Assembly (NCBI RefSeq): GCF_964355755.1
Contig: NC_092676.1
Location: 22,090,871-22,154,870, forward strand
Length of the DNA stretch: 64,000 nucleotides
Reading direction: 5' to 3'
From: Antedon mediterranea
Taxonomy: Eukaryota > Animalia > Echinodermata
Each line of letters begins with the position of its first letter. Position 1 is the first letter of the stretch. Of this stretch, positions 41,801 through 48,877 are shown in pieces. Position numbers and translations under genes: made by a program. The notes beneath the pieces were generated by a model, which ran no database searches, was not told where the DNA came from, and saw only the letters and a program-made list of their open reading frames with translations.

Positions 41801-44800
41801 GCAAATTAGAATGTTCACATTATCTATCATTTAAGTACAAGAGTTGATACTAAACCCCATGCAGTATAACTATAATATTACTAATGTAGATAATTTATAC
41901 ATTTGACGAAACAGAGAGACACAAATAATTGATATTGTAATTACTCCATGCTTATGCTGTGCATTCTTTTTCTATTGGAGGTACTTGAATGATAATCAAA
42001 TAAGTACATTGCCAGCCAATGCATTTGCTGGTTTGACAGCATTGATACGCCTGTAAGTGTATTGCTTTGTCTACTTATATTTACAATTTTATCTTAATTT
42101 ACTATTTTATTATGCTAATATTAATTAATTTTTCAATAGGTTAAAATTAGGACTTTCAAACCAGTGTGAATTCATCCAGCATAAATAAATTAGGCTTTTC
42201 ATTTTGTCTGATACAAGTATTAACAATTTAAAAATATTGCATGTGTTTTTGTGTTAATTCATTAATTAATATTTCTATAGGATAAAAAAATACTAGAATT
42301 TAAAACAAAAGTGTAAATTCATCCAGCATGAATGAATTTTAATTTTTTTTTTTCAGATTAATTATAAGGAATCTTAATTTTTTTAAATAGTATTTATTAT
42401 TAGTAATATTAAATAATATTTTATTAAACTAATATCTTGTTCATGCTTGCAATCACTTAATTATTGTGTTTTATAATAATTGTGTATGAGAATGAAATTG
42501 TAAGACCTGTATTAGTTTACAATGAGATTCAAGAGTTTATCTATGTTATACTTGCAATATATTAATTAATTGTTGTCTGTGTATGAAAGTTAGAATGTTT
42601 AAATTATCTTGATTTACCATTTAGTATATATTGACATCATTTAAGTAGGCCTACAATAGCTGAAACTATAATACGCATGCAGTATAACTATGATGTAGTT
42701 ACTAATGTAAATAATCTAAAAATTTGAGGAAACAGAGACACAAATAATTGATTATTGTCTGCTTATTCTGTGCATTCTTTTTTTATTTGAGGTCCTTGTC
42801 TGATAATCAAATAAGTACATTGCCAGCCAATGCATTTGGTGATTTGACAGCATTGGAAAAACTGTGTATTGTTTTGTCTATTTATATTTACAATTTTATC
42901 TTAGTTTACTGTTATATTACATTAATATTAATTAATATTTCAATAGGTTAAAATTAGAAATTTAGACCATACCAGTCGTTGTCTGCGTTAGGGATGGTCG
43001 TATTCCTAGTAGCTTTCTTAGGTAAGTTTTCGGATATATCGCATTTCACGGGAGCTTTGAAAGAAACTTAGTTTTTTTTATAATAAATCTGAAAATAACA
43101 GTCTTGAAACTTCCAAAATGGTGTCAAAAGCAAGAAAAAATAGTAAACACTATATTCTAGGAATTATTTATAATAAAGTGACGTCACTAATAATTACTTT
43201 CAGGTGTTGAAATTAATAAATAGTGATATTTCTTGAGTTAATAATCGAAATTCGCTGATACTTGGTAAATAGCTTGTATACGGTGATAGGGTTGCCAGGG
43301 CATTTAAAGCTTTCGCCCAATTTGTTCGTATCGAATATGAACGACCCTGTTTCAATGTGCCCTTGTTTTTTCTTGTTTCAAAGTGCTCCGGTCTCCCCTA
43401 CTGAAATACGCACAGTAAACAAAAATGATACAATTAATATATTTTATGACACAATGTCCTGTGTTTTTTCATTATTTAGTCATTTTATGACTTAACATTT
43501 TTATTATTAATAATATTTTATCAGTATTGTTAGATCCATATTATTTGATGATTAATTTACTAGCATTACTATATTATATATATATATATATGTTTATTAA
43601 GCATATACTTATTGTTGTACCGGGATCCGGGTACATTGAAACACTTAAGTAGTTAATTTAATTAGCCTCCTCAACGAAAATTACCAAAGTTTTTTTTTTC
43701 TTTTTGACTTTAGTAATACTGAATGACACCCATTACTTGCTTTTGACACAATTTTGGAAGTTTCAAGACTAATATTTTCAGATTTATTATAAAAAAACTA
43801 AATTTCTTTCAAAGCTCCCGTGAAATGCGATATATCCGAAAACTTACCTAAGAAAGCTACTAGGAATACGACCATCCCTAACGCAGACAACGACTGGTAT
43901 GGTCGACGACGCGTCTTTAATCAAAGCAGAGAAATCTGCAACAATTATAACGGTGATAGAGGGTGTGTAAAGACAAACTGCAATGTAGCTCACATTTGTT
44001 TGTTATGTAAAGGCCACTCACAGTCAGCGTACAGGTGGTCAAAAAACGGACAAGGGCCTCAAGTGATAGGGGCCACTGCAAAACGTTAAACGAAACCGCT
44101 AACTTTAAAACCAAAGCTGGTTTGGTGTTGGTTTTGTTGGCAAACCAAAATCCACCTTTATTATTCAATTATCCATCCAATTCTCAACTTTAGTTCTGTT
44201 ATTTTTATTTCTATTTCGAAAACTCAGTCTACGCGCATTCAGCGTCTGCATAACCGTTTTTTACGCTACATCAGCCACAACCAGAATCCTGATTTTCATT
44301 TCCATGTCCAATCTGCTGAGTCCCGTAGAACCTTTTTTGATCTTGTTTTTTTTTGTATAAATGTCTTAATTCTTTATTTGACTGTAACTTAGTTAGTCAT
44401 TTTTATCTTAGAGTCCCTAGTCATCGTCTTAAAAGAAATCCTACTTTTCATATTCCTGTAGAGTAAATGTTTTTAAAAATGGTTTTATTAGTAGATTAAG
44501 TCAAACTTATAATTCTTTTACTTTAAGAAACCCTCAGTTAGATATCTTTATTAATAATTTCCGTAAGTTTCGCAACATTGTTAGTAGTTTAGTTTAATAT
44601 TTTGTTTTTGTATGTGTACGTGTTTGTCTGTGTTCCCTCCTGTAAGTGGTGAACCATGAGTTCACTGTTGGTTGGGAAATGAAATAAATAAATAAACTAC
44701 GACACAACAATAACTACCTCTATAAATATTGAACAGCTACATAAGCATATGGCACTGTGTCCAAACACGTATCTAAAGAACTAGTGTTAGACGGGTTGGT

Positions 44801-47535
44801 ATATGGTTTTTCAAATTTCAAATCACTTCCAGAGCAATCGATTGAATGTAAGAACTTAAAATCGTCTACAAGGTAACCCGATACGGTTGCTGAATTGATA
44901 AAAACAGAAGTTACCAAGGGATATTTATTAGACCCATAGAACGTTATTCCATACAAACAATATCGCATAAACCCTATCGGCATCGCAGAAGGCAAATATT
45001 CCCACAAAAAGAGACTAATCTTTGACTTGTCCGCAACCCGAGCTTGAACGAACTTATAGATATAGATCAGTATTCACTACAGTACGTCAAAATAGACGAC
45101 GCTATTAGAATTATAAAAAACCAGGGTCGTGGAGCATTATTGATAAAAACAGATATAACCGACGCATTCAAAATAATACCCATCCACCCAGGACTCAGAG
45201 GCTACCATGGAATTAAATGGAACGAACAATATTACTTCTTTAAACAATTTTTTTTTTTGCTGTCGTTCAAGTCCAAAAACATTTGACACACTATTTATTA
45301 TTTGGACAACATCATACAATACATTATTGTTTTGATTAACCCTCTACTCGTCTCTAATGATGATCTGGGTTCTTTAACTTGCATATAAATTTAAAATGAA
45401 TAAACTGGACCTACGGTTTATAGTCCTTATCCGTCCGAGAAGACTTGCCGATATTGTTGGCTCTTTAGGTATGGTAAACTGTGCCATTGCCTTAATCGCC
45501 CGTCCATTTGACTCGCTTCAATAAAAACATCAGCATAAGAGTTGACACTATACCCATGTTTTATTAAATGTTTTAAGCCACAGATAATAATAAATCATGA
45601 AAATTAATTTTTACAACTCAGTTATGGAATTAAAGTTTTATAAATGATTCTGATTTTGTACGGCATATACCAGAAAAATAAATAGTTTGTCTTTCAACAG
45701 GAGGTTAGAAAACAATACTATAACTACCATTGAACCAGATGCATTCTCTTCTTTTGCTTCATCACTTTCACATTTGTAAGTTAGCCCTGTAATTTATATA
45801 CAGTGTGAATTTTATTATTTGGTTTTCTTTTTCATGCTTTGATGAGATTAACTAAACAATTTAATAAATAATTTACAGTATAGCTTTGCGTCATCTGACG
45901 TGATCATACTTTATACTAAGTAGGCCTACATTTGAGAATACTTGAGGACTTCTCAGGATACGGTGGGCATTGAAGCGACGACTTCCAAAAAATCACAATA
46001 TTGGCATTCAATACCTCTTATAAACAAAGATTTACGATTTAATTGTTAATATCTGTAGTTGTCAAAATCTACTTATTGTTACTTCTGTACACAAAAAAAA
46101 GTATGTTGAAATATGTGAACTGAATATTAAAGAACATCGGGTAGAATATTACTGAGTAAATAAATAATTAATTAAATTTACCTACTACAACCATGATCAC
46201 CTGTTTTTTAAACCACTTTGGAAGTAACAAAAATCTGAAACCTTACCTTCTAACCATTATTATACTGGTATTTTCTATCTTTCGTTTTAAAAATCACTTT
46301 GCACGTAAAATAAAGAACTTTACAAAAATGATCACTTAATACTAACCGTAAAACTTATTATTTTTATTTTAGGTATCTCATAGGCAACAGTTTACGGGTT
46401 TACAGTGATAAGACGTTTAAAGAATTGGCAGTCTTAAGAGTATTGTAAGTAATGATAGATCTGCATTTGACAATTTGCTATTATCAAACTACTAGTTTTT
46501 AGTCGCGTGCAAACGCGACTCTTACAGCTCATTATGTCGGTGAGTCAGTCGGTAAACACTAACTCAAATGTGAGCACGCGACTGCAGCCATGTATATGGC
46601 CTTGTTAGTTACAGGGTAATGCCTGGGTAATACAGGGTAATTGTGTATTATAATCTTAAATACAAAACATAGTGGTTTACTGCAACTAAATTGATTTATT
46701 AAGTTACTATGTTTAGAAAGCTTGAGGAACGACGATAATAAATATCTTTAGGCTTACCTTTTAACTTTATTTGCCTATTCTAATCAATTTAATAAAAACT
46801 ATAGCGTTATTATAGTTTGTAGTTAAGTTGTCTTGTTGGTAAATTAAAATAATTCTAATGGTTCCGTCATAAGAGGGTTTATCATTGGTCATTAGCATTT
46901 CTAGGTATGACTTGACGTCATCACATTTCTGCAATTGTAACGTCATATGTTAGCTGTTTGATGCTTTGTAAGAAATAATTAAAAGTAGTTGGCTTAAAAA
47001 TTAAACTTGACTTTACGTCATCGCATTTTGCAATTGTAACGTCATACGCTAGATGTTTGATGTGTTGAAATCGAATATTTAAAGCTCTGTCTACACTATC
47101 AAACTAGTTTGACAAAGTATGATGTGCCCAAATAAGGTAATAATATGACCAAATATGGTAGTGATATGACACCATCATGTCAATATATGGGCACATCACA
47201 TGTTTTTTCACATAAAGTTTGATAGTGTAGACAAGGCTTAAGAGACTTTTCTACTTTTGATAAATATGTTGTGACAATCCTTTTTTTCTTTTTTATATAA
47301 TCAATTTTTTCTTTATATTTATTCATTTGGATGATGTTTAAAATATTGATTTTTATAAAGATTATACACTTATTAGACCTCTATTGCACACGCTTAATTT
47401 CACAGGCACTCAGACTTCCGACGGCTTTGTTGTCTTGTGAGTGTCAGTGTTTCCTGCGAACCCGTCGATGCCTCAGATTCTTGTGAAGATATAATGAATA
47501 GGCATAATCATTTGCATAGTTGTCCGCTTAACTAA
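11741..47535 (+). CDS. Secreted multi-LRR protein derived from an LGR/RXFP(GRL101)-type receptor: SP + LRRNT + 16 cassette LRRs + 2 constant LRRs + hinge (546 aa if all exons are included)
   Basis: 21 exons join in frame (70+142+16x72+75+72+130 = 1641 nt) and end at TAA 47533-47535. Individual exons are listed separately. Confidence 0.8.
12808..12949 (+). CDS. LRR gene exon 2: LRRNT cap (EASVCPKGCICNYERYRGAPPSTWCYNW...NPIQIL)
   Basis: Acceptor ttaacag, CPxxCxC...C motif, donor TT|GTAAGT (phase 2). Confidence 0.85.
13468..13915. mobile_element. Probable non-autonomous insertion (Helitron/SINE-like) containing a tRNA B-box-like segment
   Basis: Interrupts sequence homologous to the LRR repeat unit; contains gggattcgaaccc at about 13618 and ends in acagacacacacg...tttataatata. 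Family unclear. Confidence 0.3.
14602..14673 (+). CDS. LRR cassette 1: YVDGNQISTLPANTFAGLTALKYL
   Basis: 72 nt, acceptor GAG, donor GTAAGT. Confidence 0.85.
16563..20149 (-). mobile_element. AcademX-type transposon, internally deleted, nested in the Sola3 element
   Basis: TIR TAGGCTATGGGGCATG, 3-bp TSD TAT (16560-16562, 20150-20152). Minus-strand remnants QEEADTRM, SPDTDDV, HCFTGCDSVSAFFGNGK and a Cys-rich tail. Confidence 0.85.
17190..17650. repeat. Tandem repeat, 3 copies of about 150-180 bp, inside the Academ element
   Basis: aaagtttcttataatactcctgt recurs at about 17192, 17369 and 17516. Confidence 0.8.
21985..22260. repeat. Minisatellite, unit about 56 bp
   Basis: ggcttat(c/a)aacaaataaatactt...caaaatgtaaa in about 5 copies; related copies at 21120-21430. 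Confidence 0.75.
22932..23452. mobile_element. Tc1/mariner (Tigger/pogo-like) MITE
   Basis: TA|CAGTTGAACCTCCCGTAAGTGGCCACC at the left; degenerate GAGGTGGCCGCTG|TA at the right. Confidence 0.55.
25637..25708 (+). CDS. LRR cassette 2: YLSYNQISTLSANAFVGLTALEEL
   Basis: 72 nt, GAG/GTAAGT. Confidence 0.85.
26282..26353 (+). CDS. LRR cassette 3: HLNGNQISTLPANAFAGLTALKYL
   Basis: 72 nt, GAG/GTAAGT. Confidence 0.85.
27075..27146 (+). CDS. LRR cassette 4: SLYGNQISTLPANTFANLTALETL
   Basis: 72 nt, GAG/GTAAGT. Confidence 0.85.
27460..29640. repeat. 61-bp satellite array (about 35 copies) in the left arm of the EnSpm element
   Basis: Unit aatgttgatccaacgttgaaataacattgtatttttaactagtaatttacgttaatttatc, period 61. 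Confidence 0.95.
30960..31949. mobile_element. Nested TIR element (about 85-bp TIR, apparent 5-bp TSD AATAT)
   Basis: TACGCCGTGGTTAGGATTCCGGCA... is inverted at 31866-31949. Superfamily not determined. Confidence 0.75.
31649..31827. mobile_element. Harbinger-like MITE, family 2
   Basis: TIR AGCTTGGTTCCCACTAG; near-identical copy at 50480-50663. Confidence 0.75.
33100..33650. repeat. 112-bp tandem repeat (about 5 copies) in the right arm of the EnSpm element
   Basis: atgttgattcaacgttgacattt at 33235, 33347, 33459 and 33571. Confidence 0.9.
33993..34064 (+). CDS. LRR cassette 5: YLSDNQISTLPANAFAGLTALKRL
   Basis: 72 nt, GAG/GTAAGT. Confidence 0.85.
34653..35200. mobile_element. Kolobok-like MITE
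   Basis: TIR AGATGTATTGTCCC, TTAA TSD; empty site cttaatTTAAcatagt in sister units. Confidence 0.85.
35381..35452 (+). CDS. LRR cassette 6: YLYDNQISTLSANAFVGLTALEEL
   Basis: 72 nt, GAG/GTAAGT. Confidence 0.85.
36026..36097 (+). CDS. LRR cassette 7: YLFYNQISTLPANAFAGLTALKRL
   Basis: 72 nt, GAG/GTAAGT. Confidence 0.85.
36787..36858 (+). CDS. LRR cassette 8: YLSDNQISTLSANAFANLTALEEL
   Basis: 72 nt, GAG/GTAAGT. Confidence 0.85.
37432..37503 (+). CDS. LRR cassette 9: SLSDNQISTLPANAFAGLTALKRL
   Basis: 72 nt, GAG/GTAAGT. Confidence 0.85.
38267..38338 (+). CDS. LRR cassette 10: YLSDNQISTLPANTFANLTALEEL
   Basis: 72 nt, GAG/GTAAGT. Confidence 0.85.
38896..38967 (+). CDS. LRR cassette 11: YLYDNQISTLPANAFAGLTALKWL
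   Basis: 72 nt, AAG/GTAAGT. Confidence 0.85.
39711..39782 (+). CDS. LRR cassette 12: YLDGNQISTLPANTFAGLTALKYL
   Basis: 72 nt, GAG/GTAAGT. Confidence 0.85.
40572..40643 (+). CDS. LRR cassette 13: YLYENQITTLPANTFANLTTLEEL
   Basis: 72 nt, GAG/GTAAGT. Confidence 0.85.
41215..41286 (+). CDS. LRR cassette 14: YLYDNQISTLPANAFAGLTALKWL (identical to cassette 11)
   Basis: 72 nt, AAG/GTAAGT. Confidence 0.85.
41981..42052 (+). CDS. LRR cassette 15: YLNDNQISTLPANAFAGLTALIRL
   Basis: 72 nt, GAG/GTAAGT. Confidence 0.85.
42792..42863 (+). CDS. LRR cassette 16: SLSDNQISTLPANAFGDLTALEKL (damaged donor)
   Basis: 72 nt, GAG acceptor; a 4-nt deletion reduces the donor to GTGTAT. Confidence 0.6.
42965..43904. 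mobile_element. TIR element with about 105-bp near-perfect inverted repeats and no TSD
   Basis: GACCATACCAGTCGTTGTCTGCGTTAGGGATGG... is inverted at about 43800-43904. Confidence 0.8.
43905..45290 (+). mobile_element. DIRS/Ngaro-like retrotransposon relic (gag zinc finger + RT), interrupted by a probable LINE 3' end at about 44090-44697
   Basis: REICNNYN...C...C...HICLLC; then YRINPIGIAEGKYSHKKRLIFDLS and LQYVKIDDAIRII...KTDITDAFKIIPIHP, with stops and frameshifts. Confidence 0.7.
45701..45775 (+). CDS. Constant LRR exon: RLENNTITTIEPDAFSSFASSLSHL
   Basis: 75 nt, canonical CAG acceptor, GTAAGT donor, phase 2-2. Confidence 0.85.
46373..46444 (+). CDS. Constant LRR exon: YLIGNSLRVYSDKTFKELAVLRVL
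   Basis: 72 nt, TACTAAC branch point at 46340, TAG acceptor, GTAAGT donor. Confidence 0.85.
47083..47238. mobile_element. Harbinger-like MITE, family 1, complete copy
   Basis: TAA TSD on both sides; TIR AGCTCTGTCTACACTATCAAAC. Confidence 0.8.
47406..47535 (+). CDS. Terminal exon: LGR type-C hinge HSDFRRLCCLVSVSVSCEPVDASDSCEDIMNR + short frameshift tail, stop
   Basis: CAG acceptor, phase 2; CC...C.P.D...SCED(L/I)M is the RXFP/GRL101 hinge pattern. Confidence 0.75.
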
Positions 47536-47660
47536 AATATTGAACAAGGATAATTCAGGTAACAATAACAATGTTAATAAAGTCGAAACCATTCTCATCA
47601 CTAACTTTGCCGCTGATGGCAATAATCATCATCATTTCAAGTGCAGATTTACTGAGGACG
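47501..47660 (+). pseudogene. Frameshifted remnant of GPCR TM1-TM2
   Basis: Out-of-frame GIIICIVVRL...KVETILITNFAAD, then in another frame MAIIIIISSADL. No further TM segments are recognisable. Confidence 0.6.
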
Positions 47661-48877
47661 GTATTCAGAAGTTGCTAGAGAATGACAATTTGCTAATCCT
47701 ATATGATGTGTTAATCCTATATGATTTGTTAATCCTACTTGATTTGTTACTAAAAAACTTATATCATTTTGTAGATAATTATTATGGTAAAAAGATGGTT
47801 TATCTTGCGCTACCCTGAAAAGAAGTCGTTTTCAAGAAAGGGAGTATCTATCCTGTTGCATCATTGCTTGATCTGTTTATCCTGTGAGATTTGTTAATCA
47901 CACGTAATTTGTGTCTGATCTGATTTGCTAATTTAAATGACATTTTTAAATTATTGCTTAAAGTTAAATTATTTTGTCTTTTTGCTTAATTTATACTTAG
48001 ATCTTTTTATATAGGCCTAAGCCTACTAACATTGTAAAATACATTTAACATAATGTTAGTTGATAAGTTCAATTAATTTGTTTATATAACATTTATGGTT
48101 CACACTAATACATTAAAAACACACATACTGTACATATATTAACGAATGCTACTGTATGTGATCCGTGTATGTACACAAAGCGATGTCACACGGGTGGTAT
48201 GTGCATATTGTATTCAGCTTTTGTTCTTGAGTAACTGACCTGACATGGAGGTATACAACTAAATACTCTCTCAATATTTAATTTGTTATCAAACATATAT
48301 CTTTTCATTTAGGCTGAACGTACACATTAAGTGTCAAACATAGGAAACGGACAATAATTTAACATCAATAGTGATAGAGGGCACTATTGATTGATTGATT
48401 GATTTTATTCGATATTCATAAAAATAGTTAAAATATACAATGTACATATTAAAAAATAATACCAGGATAACCCATTAAGTCGACAAATAAAAAGTAAACT
48501 TATTTCCAATGGGGTCCAATCCGTACTAAAGTACAAATATGTTAAAGAGGGCGCAATAATAAAAAGTATAATACGTATGCCATAAATAAATTTTATACCA
48601 TTATGGTAGAGGGCACTAAAGTACAAATTGTGATAGAGGGCGCTATAGTACAACAGTATACAGTAGACACATACTCCCTGCAATGAGATACACGACATTG
48701 TGGTTCAAATGTGTGTAATGATCAGATTGACGATAGGTTATGTACTTTCTTTTGAAGTAGACTGCCTTTTGCAATCGGAATTTATACCATAAGAGATACA
48801 GACAGTGCGCATGTGCAATTCAGTTAATGTATTCATTAATTGTATCCTCTGTTTTATCCAGCTTGTGCACTCATTTC

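Larger units (their letters stand above)
13940..42964 (+). repeat. Tandem array of LRR exon+intron units (about 630-860 bp each once transposons are removed)
   Basis: Introns are highly similar between units. Exon spacings: 645, 793 (cassettes 2-4); 645, 761, 645, 835, 629, 815, 861, 643, 766, 811 (cassettes 6-16). Confidence 0.95.

Noticed and set aside
14602-42863. True orthology to agnathan VLRs or RAG-type rearrangement
   Set aside because: The cassettes are spliceable exons inside the gene, the C-terminus is an LGR hinge rather than LRRCT plus stalk, and I saw no heptamer/nonamer signals. The similarity is best read as convergent.
47540-47818. Independent 92-aa gene
   Set aside because: TTG start; the first part is the out-of-frame TM1-TM2 remnant and the rest is a short degenerate repeat.
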